64,000 bases of DNA from Candidatus Zixiibacteriota bacterium (GTDB lineage: Bacteria > RBG-13-66-14 > B26-G2 > WVWN01): contig JAUWLW010000002.1 of NCBI GenBank assembly GCA_030613505.1, positions 16,925 to 80,924 on the forward strand, written 5' to 3'. The position numbers were made by a program, and so were the translations under genes. The notes beneath the pieces were generated by a model, which worked only from the letters and a program-made list of their open reading frames with translations, ran no database searches and was not told where the DNA came from. Of this stretch, positions 25,754-34,025 are shown piece by piece; positions within the stretch are counted from its first letter, which is position 1; every line of letters begins with the position of its first letter.

Positions 25754-27370
25754 TTGGCGCTTAAGGGAAAACTGGAAGACATGCCGGTCGTGGACGTGTT
25801 GCAATTCATCTACGCCAGCCGGCGCAGCGGCACCCTTCACCTCGAGAGTCGGGACCGGCGGGGGTTCGTCGTTTTCCGCGACGGCAACATCGTCCAGGCG
25901 TTGACCAACGCCGCCGAAAACAACCTGGGTAACATTCTCCTCGCCCGAGGGCTTATCGAGGAAGGCGACCTGGCGCGGGCCGTCGAGACCCAGCGCTCGG
26001 AGTATAACGACGTGCCGCTGGGGCGGGTCCTGGTAAAGACGGGCCTTTTGAGCGAGGAAGATGCAAAGGCCGCCGTCGAGGAGCAAATCGAGGGGGCCAT
26101 ACGCGACTTCGTCCTCTGGCTCGACGGCGATTTCATCTTCGAGTTGGGGACGGCCGCTGAGCCGGCGGACGACGTAGCCGTACCGGTCGAAGGGATCTTG
26201 CCGGGCGTTAACGTCGATACCCAACATCTCCTCTTGGAATGCATAAGGATTTTCGACGAGCGCGATAGAGTATCCGCGGAAGCCGCCGCTGCGCCGGGCG
26301 CGGCCGAACGGGGAGAAGAAGTTACGCCGCCCGAAGAGGTGGAAGCGCCGGCGCCGCTCGCGCATACCCTTTACCTGTACTCGGACAACGAGTCCCTTTA
26401 CGCGCTGCTCGCTTCGGTTGCCGCGAAGAAGAAGGTCGAGTGCCGCGCGTTTCAATCGTTCGCCGCGCTGACGTTGGCCGTAGAGGGAACGGTGCTCGCC
26501 GATCGCTTGCCGGTCGTCGTCCTCGACGTCGACTTCAGCGCCGGCGACCAGCAGCAAGGTCGCGCGCGGCGCGCCGCGGCGTTGATGGCCAAGTTGAAAC
26601 GCGCCGCGAGCGCGATGGAGGTAATTTGCGTCTCGACGAGCGCCGGGTACGCGCTCCGCGTCGCACTCCTCGAGCGCCACGCCCGCGCCATCGTCGCTAT
26701 GCCGCCGAAGATCCTTTTAAGCGAGTCGCCGCCCGGGGTCGAGGTTAGGCATTTCCTCCGCGAGCTTTGGACCGTCATCGTCGAGGCGTTCCGCAACTAC
26801 GAGAACGTCTACGTGAGGAGGAAGTGGCGGGAGCGGATCAGCTCCCTCGAAGCCTATCTGTTGAAGCTCAAGAGGTTCGTCCGCGAAGCCCAGAAATCGA
26901 GCTTCACGTTTATGGTCTCGCTCGATCTCCTCAACCTCATCTCCGAAAGCTACGAGCGGGCGCTGTTGTTCGTCGTGAGGGAAGGCGTGGCCGGCGGAAT
27001 CGGCGGTTTCGGCGACGCCGGCGACGGCACGCCGCTGGGCATCATGGCCAAGAACGTCGAGGTCCCCCTCGACGAGCCTTCCGTCTTCCGGACGGTCGCG
27101 GACCGGAAGACGACGTACCGCGGCAAGCCGGACCCGGGCCAACCGGTCCACCGTCGCCTTTTCGAGCAGATAGGGAAGCCCAAGAGCGGCGAGGCGGTAG
27201 TGGTCCCGTTGCTGTCCGGCGGCCAAATGCTCGCCATGATATATTGCGACAACGGCGCCTCCGACGCGCCGCTCGTCTACGATGAGCTGTTGGACCTACT
27301 CTCCAACCAAACGAACATATTGTACGAGCGAATGTTGGCGGAGACGTTGCCCCAGGCCGCCGGCGATTAA
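25754..27370 (+). CDS. DUF4388/PATAN-type signalling protein with MshEN-like, receiver-like and GAF-like regions
   Basis: LKGKLEDM..DVLQ..RRSGTL..G.I; LGNILL and LGRVLV repeats; W.DG.F.F; C-terminal VVVPL..MIYCDN. Confidence 0.75.
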   Translation: MALKGKLEDMPVVDVLQFIYASRRSGTLHLESRDRRGFVVFRDGNIVQALTNAAENNLGNILLARGLIEEGDLARAVETQRSEYNDVPLGRVLVKTGLLSEEDAKAAVEEQIEGAIRDFVLWLDGDFIFELGTAAEPADDVAVPVEGILPGVNVDTQHLLLECIRIFDERDRVSAEAAAAPGAAERGEEVTPPEEVEAPAPLAHTLYLYSDNESLYALLASVAAKKKVECRAFQSFAALTLAVEGTVLADRLPVVVLDVDFSAGDQQQGRARRAAALMAKLKRAASAMEVICVSTSAGYALRVALLERHARAIVAMPPKILLSESPPGVEVRHFLRELWTVIVEAFRNYENVYVRRKWRERISSLEAYLLKLKRFVREAQKSSFTFMVSLDLLNLISESYERALLFVVREGVAGGIGGFGDAGDGTPLGIMAKNVEVPLDEPSVFRTVADRKTTYRGKPDPGQPVHRRLFEQIGKPKSGEAVVVPLLSGGQMLAMIYCDNGASDAPLVYDELLDLLSNQTNILYERMLAETLPQAAGD

Positions 27371-27491
27371 AACCCCGGCCTCGAGACGCTTGCGGCCGCT
27401 CGAAAAATTTAGTATAATTGCCGCGTTAAACGAAAGGCCCGGGTAAAGGGTCGAAAGGTTGAATGCGCGAATTACGCGGGAGGTCCCTACT

Positions 27492-28010
27492 ATGTATAGA
27501 TGGCTAGGAATTATCGTCGTAATAGTAACCGTCGCTTTCGCGGCCGGGTGCCGGCGAACCGGCGGCGGTCCGGCTTACTACGGCGGCGGCGAGGAGGAGA
27601 ACGTCGTCGAAGGGTCCGTCGTCGTGGGCGAGATCGTCCCGGCGGATAAGGACGTCGGCGAGGAGATAGACGAGTTCGCCGGCGGCGGCGAGTTCTCGAC
27701 TACCGCGGCCGGCTCGGTCGAGGTCGCGGAGACGCCCGCCGGCGTCGCCGCCCCCTATACCGGCGCCGTAATAGACGGTTACCGGGTCCAGGTCATCGCG
27801 AGCTCGTACCAGGATAACGCCAACGGCGTCGCGGACCAGGTCCGCGCGGCCTACCCGGGCACCGGCGTCTACGTCGAGCACATCCAGGGGTTGTACAAGG
27901 TCCGCGTGGGCGACTACGGCGACCGCGCCGGGGCGGAGGCCATGCGCGACCGCCTGCGCAACGCCGGCTACCCCGACGCCTGGATCGTCAAGGAAGCGGT
28001 GAACCAGTAA
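27492..28010 (+). CDS. SPOR-domain lipoprotein
   Basis: GGAGG RBS; lipobox AAGC; GYRVQV..YKVRVG..AWIV SPOR pattern. Confidence 0.85.
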   Translation: MYRWLGIIVVIVTVAFAAGCRRTGGGPAYYGGGEEENVVEGSVVVGEIVPADKDVGEEIDEFAGGGEFSTTAAGSVEVAETPAGVAAPYTGAVIDGYRVQVIASSYQDNANGVADQVRAAYPGTGVYVEHIQGLYKVRVGDYGDRAGAEAMRDRLRNAGYPDAWIVKEAVNQ

Positions 28011-28033
28011 CGGCTAAGTCTTCCGGAAATAAG

Positions 28034-28059
28034 AAACCCGCTCGAAAGGGCGGGTTTTT
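28034..28059 (+). terminator. intrinsic terminator
   Basis: AAACCCGCTC-gaaa-GGGCGGGTTT plus T-run. Confidence 0.78.
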
Positions 28060-28093
28060 ACGTCGTTAACGCTAAGGTTTTAGGAGGCGCGGT

Positions 28094-28318
28094 ATGGATA
28101 TCAATATCAAGTATTGACACGCGTCAGGCCAAGGGCCCCGCGCCGCCGGCCTGGCGGCCGCGATCAAAGAAGAGCTCGGCCTGGATGCGACGTTGATAGA
28201 GGGGAGCGGCGGCGCCTTCGACGTGGAGGTCGACGGCGACGTCGTGTTCTCGAAGGCCGGAGCGGGCCGTTTCCCGGAGGTGGGGGAGGTAATCGAACTG
28301 CTCAAGGGTTATGTCTGA
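28094..28318 (+). CDS. SelT/SelW/SelH (Rdx) family selenoprotein, in-frame TGA 28115-28117, 74 aa
   Basis: AGGAGG RBS; MDINIKY*HASGQGPRAAGLAAAIKEELGLDATLIEGSGGAFDVEVDGDVVFSKAGAGRFPEVGEVIELLKGYV matches the Rdx pattern (GG.F.V..DG...FSK....RFP); absent from ORF track. Confidence 0.85.
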
Positions 28319-28482
28319 ACGTATCGACCCGAATAACATGACGCGGTAAACGAAAAACGATTCCGCAGGGAACCGGCTTCTTTGTTAATGGCGGCGGCCG
28401 CTTTCCCGAAACCGAAGAGATCTTACAAAAGATTAAGGATAGTAAAATCGTTAAGTTGCCGTTTCCAGCGTAGTTAGATTCA

Positions 28483-30051
28483 TCATATCTTGTAGAGCAG
28501 GTCGATGTACCGTACGAGTACGTCGCTCAACACGCCTTTGATCGGGATAGTAGCGGCCAAACCGTATATAGGTGCCAGGCCGCCCTTTTCGTCGGGATTT
28601 CTTTTTACGTGCTCAATAGCTTCTTTGAGGTCGTTGACGAACTTGTCGACTACGCCGGGTTGGGTGTGCCTTAAAGTTACGCAGATGTGTACGGCGGGCG
28701 GGGCGAGCAGGCCGTTAAGGTTCCAGTTGCGCTTAGTCATGACATCCATAACCTTGTAGATGTCCAGGGAATCCGAAGTAAAAGCGATGCAGAATAGGGG
28801 GTCGCCGAGTATGTACAGCTCCGGGGTCGTGCGGATCGCCGCTTTTATGGCAGAAGCCGTATCGAGTATTTTCTCGCTGGCCTCTAAATAGCCCTTCTCG
28901 CCCATAGAGAGCATCGCGGCCCAGCACATGGCGCTCAGGGCCCCCGACCGGCTTCCGGCAAATGTGGGGGAGAAATAGAGGCCACCCGGCCAGTCGGTTG
29001 CCGTGTAGTATTGATATCGGCGCAGCTCCAAACCGCGATATAGCACTACCGATGTACCCTTGGCCGCGTACCCGTATTTGTGTGTATCAGCGGACATGGA
29101 AGTTACGCCCGGCAGTTGGAAATCAAATGGAGGGACGTCGTATCCAAGCTTCTTAGCAAAGGGGAGGATGAAACCGCCTAAACAGGCATCGGTGTGAAAG
29201 GCGACGCCTCTTCCCCTTGCCAGTTCGGACAGCTCTTCGACGGGATCGACAATGCCGTGAGGAAAGTCCGGCGCTGATCCGACAATAACGATGGTGTTCT
29301 TGGTAATCGCCTTTTTAGTTTCAGCTACATCGGCCCTAAAATCGGGACCGACCGGCACGCGGATCATTTTGATGTTGAAATACTGAGATGCTTTGTCAAA
29401 GGCGGCGTGGACCGTGGAAGGCACTATCATCTCGGGTTTGGTAATCCCCTTCAAATCCCGAGCCCGGTCACGATAGGTCTTCATGGCGAGCAAAATACTT
29501 TCGGTACCGCCTGACGAAACGACGCCGCAGATCTGATTTTCGGGGTCTGAGTTTTTAGCGATCTCTGCTCCGCCCAGCATGGCTGCGGTCATCGACACTA
29601 CCTCGGCTTCGTACTTGGTCGTGCTAGGCCAAATGTCAGAGTGCAGCGGGTTGCTCTGGGAGTTGATAGCGTACACCTTGTTTAAAAAATTTATGTGGTC
29701 GTCATCGCCGTGGTACACAGCTCCGGAGGTAAAGCCGTCTTTCCATCTCGACTCCTCCCGGGACTTCAAATTAGCCATCTCCTCGATAATATCATTTCTG
29801 GCGCGGCCGGCATTAGGAAGACAGGAAAAGGCCTCGAACTCATTCCGATACGGCTTAATCGAGTTCTCGAGATCCGCCAGCATCGAGTTGTATTCCCCTT
29901 CGAGTTTCTCCTTTACGAAAGGGATTGAGGTAACGCGCTTTTCTACAGCCGCAATAATCCGTGGATCGAATCGCTCAATAGTTTTTTTCATAACCGAAAC
30001 AACGCGCGGATCCAGTCTTTTGACCAAATTTCGTAAGCTAGAGAGATCCAT
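28483..30051 (-). CDS. sphingosine-1-phosphate lyase-like PLP-dependent enzyme
   Basis: [58 protein letters not shown]. Confidence 0.9.
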   Translation of the reverse strand: MDLSSLRNLVKRLDPRVVSVMKKTIERFDPRIIAAVEKRVTSIPFVKEKLEGEYNSMLADLENSIKPYRNEFEAFSCLPNAGRARNDIIEEMANLKSREESRWKDGFTSGAVYHGDDDHINFLNKVYAINSQSNPLHSDIWPSTTKYEAEVVSMTAAMLGGAEIAKNSDPENQICGVVSSGGTESILLAMKTYRDRARDLKGITKPEMIVPSTVHAAFDKASQYFNIKMIRVPVGPDFRADVAETKKAITKNTIVIVGSAPDFPHGIVDPVEELSELARGRGVAFHTDACLGGFILPFAKKLGYDVPPFDFQLPGVTSMSADTHKYGYAAKGTSVVLYRGLELRRYQYYTATDWPGGLYFSPTFAGSRSGALSAMCWAAMLSMGEKGYLEASEKILDTASAIKAAIRTTPELYILGDPLFCIAFTSDSLDIYKVMDVMTKRNWNLNGLLAPPAVHICVTLRHTQPGVVDKFVNDLKEAIEHVKRNPDEKGGLAPIYGLAATIPIKGVLSDVLVRYIDLLYKI

Positions 30052-30066
30052 CTTTTCCTCCCGGAA

Positions 30067-31677
30067 TCATCTTCGACTATAGCGCTTAACCTTTTTAGGT
30101 CTGTTCAACCTCGCATGGTATCCTTTGGTGCTCGAGTATATTCTGGTAAATTCTTTGAATAGCTCGTCGTAGATATCGCGATTTTCGGGTGTTGGCTCGA
30201 AGGTATTAGCGATGTGAGTACGTTCTGCGATTTCGTCGACAGTTACCCTTCCAAGCGCCATCGAAGCTAATAAAGCAGCGCCGCGCGCATTTGCCTGGAT
30301 AGGGTGTTTTACTTGCCTGATGGGGCGATCGAAAACGTCAGCGCAAATCTGACACCATACTTTAGATTGGGCGCCGCCGCCGATTATATTGATTGCGTCT
30401 AGTTGCCGCTTGACGAATTTTTCCGCGTAGCCGAGTAGCCACCTGCCGTTGTATGCTACTCCTTCGAACACCGCTCTTATGAGATGCTCACGTGTTGTGT
30501 TGAGGGATAGGTTGTGAAATCCCCCTCGGATATGATGATCATCGACCGGGGTCCGCTCTCCTAAAAGCCACGGGGTGAAGATTACCTTGCCGCTGCCGGC
30601 AGGGACCCCTTGAGCGATCCGGTTTAAAACTTCAAAGACGTCTTGGGGCTCGGTTTCTTTTTGCAATTCGTCTTGGTGGTAAAAAATATTGTCCTTTAAG
30701 AAATTCAGGCAGGCACCTGCGCATTCCTGTTCGGTGGCGAGCAAGTACTTTCCCGGAAGTGCGGATGGAATTGATGCCATGTTGTGAAATAGATCTGTTT
30801 TCTTAAAAGGAACGTGACATATCAACCACGACGAGGTCCCTATGTAGAAATGACTCTCAAAATCCCTCACGGCGCCGGAACCGATAGCAGCTGATTGGAT
30901 GTCAGGGGTCCCTATTACCACTGAAAGGTTCTCAGGGAGACCCCACTCGACGGCGACCTCCTTTTTGATAGGCCCGAGTATTTCGACAGTGGGCAAGAGG
31001 TCAGGAAGTTTTTGCCTGTCGATGGTAGAAATCTTGACCAACTTATCGTCGTATTTAACGTTGGAAATGTCCCGGTTGTCGGTCACCCAATGGAGTGTAA
31101 TAGAATCGAACGAAGCGGCGAATCTGCCGGTTAGTTTTAAATTAATATAGTCTTTGGGTTCGAGGAATTTGTATGACTTATTATAGATTTCCGGCAATTC
31201 GTTCTTTATGTAAAGGATATGGGCGATAGAATCTTTGCCCGAATGTGACGGAGCTCCGCCGGTAAGCCGAAGCCATCTAATCAGTTTCGGGATGCTATAG
31301 CCTTTGAACATAATTGGCCCGGAGGTGATGCGCTTTATGTGCTCGGCGCCCCGGGAGTCCAACCAGATGACGCAATTCATAAGATTATTACCGTCTTCGT
31401 CGACAGGGACGGTCCCGGACCATTGGGCGGTGCAGTTAATGGCGATTATCGCGTCGGTTGGAACAGTTCTCTTGGTCAATAGTCTCTTAGCGGCTTTCGT
31501 TATGGCGCTCCACCAGTCTTCCGGCCTTTGCTCGGCTCCGCCGTTGGGAAAGAGCAACAACGGCACGTTTTCAAACTCGGAATCCACGAACTGTCCATTA
31601 GTGTCGAACAGCGACACCTTGGGGCCGGAAGTGCCCAAGTCTATGGCTATGATGTATTCGGTTTTACCGTACGGCAC
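30067..31677 (-). CDS. FGGY-family carbohydrate kinase (xylulokinase-like)
   Basis: IDLGTSGPK, EQ.PEDWW, WLDSR, GTSSW, PWLLGERTP, RAVFEGVA, GGGAQS. Confidence 0.9.
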   Translation of the reverse strand: MPYGKTEYIIAIDLGTSGPKVSLFDTNGQFVDSEFENVPLLLFPNGGAEQRPEDWWSAITKAAKRLLTKRTVPTDAIIAINCTAQWSGTVPVDEDGNNLMNCVIWLDSRGAEHIKRITSGPIMFKGYSIPKLIRWLRLTGGAPSHSGKDSIAHILYIKNELPEIYNKSYKFLEPKDYINLKLTGRFAASFDSITLHWVTDNRDISNVKYDDKLVKISTIDRQKLPDLLPTVEILGPIKKEVAVEWGLPENLSVVIGTPDIQSAAIGSGAVRDFESHFYIGTSSWLICHVPFKKTDLFHNMASIPSALPGKYLLATEQECAGACLNFLKDNIFYHQDELQKETEPQDVFEVLNRIAQGVPAGSGKVIFTPWLLGERTPVDDHHIRGGFHNLSLNTTREHLIRAVFEGVAYNGRWLLGYAEKFVKRQLDAINIIGGGAQSKVWCQICADVFDRPIRQVKHPIQANARGAALLASMALGRVTVDEIAERTHIANTFEPTPENRDIYDELFKEFTRIYSSTKGYHARLNRPKKVKRYSRR

Positions 31678-31829
31678 TGCGGTGCTTTCTTCCGATGTCC
31701 GTAACGGACGGTTCGATGCTGACTGGGTTCAGTATCTTCTGGGAATATCATTCTACTTTGATCTTCGGGCGATTACATATCGAAAGGGCGTATCTAGCCG
31801 CGGGTGCAAAGATAGCGTTCGCGTTAAGC

Positions 31830-31860
31830 AAAAGGCCGGTTCCTAAAGGAACCGGTCTTC
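31830..31860 (-). terminator. terminator downstream of tmRNA
   Basis: GACCGGTTCC-ttta-GGAACCGGCC-TTTT on minus strand. Confidence 0.65.
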
Positions 31861-31931
31861 GAACTTTTAAACCACGGCAATCGTCGCTATTAGTTTATGC
31901 GTTGCCACTTCAAACTACTCCGTAAAATATT

Positions 31932-32285
31932 TGGAGGCGGCGGGAATCGAACCCGCGTCCGGAAGTGCGGCTGCCAGGCCTCTACACGCTTGTCCCGCGT
32001 ATTAATCTCGCGTAAGGCTTGGCCCGCGGGCGGGTCGGCCTTACGCCAGCCCCCTTGAGAATTTTCGTCCTCGGCGGAAGGGGCCCCCGCTTTGGCTTAT
32101 CCCGCTATTCCGACGGCCTACCGGGGCGCCGCGGGAAGGCTCCGCCGGCGGCCGGCTCGCTAACTAATTAGCAAGCGTACGCGTAGTTATCCGCGTTTAT
32201 TTTTCCCCGCCTTTGTAACGCGGTGACGGGAAGCCGCGACGTGCCACCTGGTTACCGTCCACCCCCGTCGAAACCGATCGCCCCC
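31932..32285 (-). ncRNA. ssrA: transfer-messenger RNA
   Basis: 5' GGGGGCGATCGGTTTCGAC; 3' GACGCGGGTTCGATTCCCGCCGCCTCCA; acceptor stem with G3:U wobble; tag frame ADNYAYAC* at 32194-32168; CCA not encoded. Confidence 0.95.
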
Positions 32286-32307
32286 TACATTTATATTATA
32301 ACATATT

Positions 32308-32907
32308 TTATCGGTATAGCGTCTTCACGCGCCCCAAACTGGTCGGTTCCACGCCCGGGAAGCTCGCGCCGTAATAGGCCCGTATCATCAGGTCGCCGTT
32401 GACGAGCTCGAAGGGGTACCACTTGGTTTTGAAGTAGCTCCAGTTGGGGTTGGGCTCGGTCCGCTTCGGGTCGCAAAAGATCGTATCGCATTTCGGGTAC
32501 CCTTGCCGCTGCTTCGCCAAGATGACGAAGGGCTCGGTGTCTTTCCACCAGTAGTCGATGCCTTTGTAGCTCACCCAGCCGCCGTGGTCGTACGTGAATG
32601 TCTTGGGGCCCCATACGCGCTTGCCTGGGGCCGGCGGCGTCGAGGTGGCGTCCCAATTCCAGATCTCAAGATTGAAGCCTTCCCAGCCGGTATGCCCCGG
32701 GGGGTTGCCGACGTATAGCCTGACGCGCTGGATGTAGCCCGGCAGCGGCGGCACGAACTTCACCGCCCAGCCGTCGTTCGCGCTCTCGCGGTATACCGGC
32801 TGGTAGGGGGTGCCGTCGTCGTATTGGAGCCACGCCGGCGGCGGCGACGCCGCGGCCGTGCAGACGAATATTAGAAAAGCTACGGTCAAACCAAGCGGTC
32901 GCAACAT
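32308..32907 (-). CDS. secreted protein (199 aa) with the same C-terminal tag
   Basis: ATG 32907 with GAGG RBS; signal peptide; LQYDDG..WAVKF..DLMIRA domain; ends GVEPTSLGRVKTLYR. Confidence 0.8.
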   Translation of the reverse strand: MLRPLGLTVAFLIFVCTAAASPPPAWLQYDDGTPYQPVYRESANDGWAVKFVPPLPGYIQRVRLYVGNPPGHTGWEGFNLEIWNWDATSTPPAPGKRVWGPKTFTYDHGGWVSYKGIDYWWKDTEPFVILAKQRQGYPKCDTIFCDPKRTEPNPNWSYFKTKWYPFELVNGDLMIRAYYGASFPGVEPTSLGRVKTLYR

Positions 32908-33039
32908 GGCCTCTTTCCTCCATGGAAGGTTTGAAACCAAGGCTTTGACGGCAATATTATAATACTGGTTTAACGTATCGTCAATAATTTTATGGAAAAA
33001 AGGGTTTTTGGGAGCTGGGGCCGGGGGTTCATTTTTTAC

Positions 33040-33068
33040 TTGACTACTCAACACCTGTTGAGTATAAT
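33040..33068 (+). promoter_or_regulatory. lexA promoter with embedded palindromic operator
   Basis: TTGACT-N17-TATAAT; palindrome TACTCAACA-CC-TGTTGAGTA at 33045-33064. Confidence 0.8.
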
Positions 33069-33106
33069 GGTAGCGGCGGCTCGAGCCGCCGGAAGAGGTG
33101 ATGGCG

Positions 33107-33706
33107 ATGGAGAAGCTTACGAACAGGCAGCGCGAGGTTTTGGCCGCGGTGCGGGAGTTGACCGGCCGGCACGGCTTCCCGCCGACGGTGCGGGAGCTGG
33201 CGGAGTTTCTGGAGATAGGGCCCCGCGCGGCCTTCGAGCACCTGGCGGCGCTGGTCCGCAAGGGGCATCTGGAGAAGGAGGACGGCAGGCCGCGGGCGCT
33301 GGCGGTCGCGGGGTACGTGCCGGCGCTCGAGCTGCCGGTGGTGGGCCGGGTAGCCGCCGGGCCGCCCATCACGGCGCTGGAGGAGGCCGAGGAGACGATG
33401 GCGGTCGACCGCTCGCTGGGCGCCGCGGAGGGGGACTTCCTGCTGCGCGTCAAGGGCGACAGCATGGATGGCGAGCACATCGTCGACGGCGACATGGTGA
33501 TCGTGAGGCCGCAGCCGGTGGCGGAGAACGGCGCCGTCGTCGTGGTGTTGGTGGGCGACGAGGCCACGGTAAAGCGGATGTACCTGCGCGGCGACCGCGT
33601 CATCCTGCGCGCCGCCAACCCGGCCTATGCGGACCTGGTGCTGGGCGAAGAAGAGGACGTGGCGGTGATAGGCCGCGTCGTGGGCGTTATACGGCGTTAT
33701 AAGTAG
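33107..33706 (+). CDS. lexA: SOS repressor LexA
   Basis: LT.RQ..PPTVRELA wHTH; VAAG cleavage site; GDSM catalytic Ser; EATVK catalytic Lys. Confidence 0.95.
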   Translation: MEKLTNRQREVLAAVRELTGRHGFPPTVRELAEFLEIGPRAAFEHLAALVRKGHLEKEDGRPRALAVAGYVPALELPVVGRVAAGPPITALEEAEETMAVDRSLGAAEGDFLLRVKGDSMDGEHIVDGDMVIVRPQPVAENGAVVVVLVGDEATVKRMYLRGDRVILRAANPAYADLVLGEEEDVAVIGRVVGVIRRYK

Positions 33707-33714
33707 GAGCGGCC

Positions 33715-33966
33715 ATGGACGTCGTGGATTTGGGCGACAGCGTCCGCGTGGGCGCCATCTTCGAGGAGTCGGGCCGGCTGAAGCCGGTGTGGTTCGCCTA
33801 CGACGGCCGGCGCCTCGCCGTGGAGCGCGTTACGTACAGCTGGCGCGACCGCGACGGCGACGTGAAAATTTTGCACTACGCCGTGAAGGTGGGCGGGACC
33901 GTCTACGAGCTGGCGCTCGACACCTCCACCCTCAGCTGGCGCCTCGAGCGCAGCTACGTGGAGTAG
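33715..33966 (+). CDS. small conserved-looking protein in lexA-dinB cassette
   Basis: AGGAG RBS; 83 aa beta-rich (P.WF.YDGRR..VERV..W...LHYAV...YEL..D...WRL). Confidence 0.8.
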   Translation: MDVVDLGDSVRVGAIFEESGRLKPVWFAYDGRRLAVERVTYSWRDRDGDVKILHYAVKVGGTVYELALDTSTLSWRLERSYVE

Positions 33967-34025
33967 GGAGGAGGGTTGTTAAGCCTCGGGGCCTGCGGGC
34001 CCCGTTCTAATCTCGGCCGATAAAA

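Noticed and set aside
28385-28400. attR-like duplicate of the tmRNA 3' end bounding the kinase/lyase islet
   Set aside because: TGGCGGCGGC only loosely matches TGGAGGCGGC; too short in a GC-rich genome, and no integrase is present.
31932-31962. tRNA gene (possibly tRNA-Sec)
   Set aside because: The T-arm/acceptor sequence pairs with a 5' end 350 nt away and encloses a tag frame, so it is tmRNA. No selC was seen in the window.
32908-33618. N-terminal extension of ORF 32308..33618
   Set aside because: It is the antisense shadow of lexA; the real start with RBS and signal peptide is ATG 32907.
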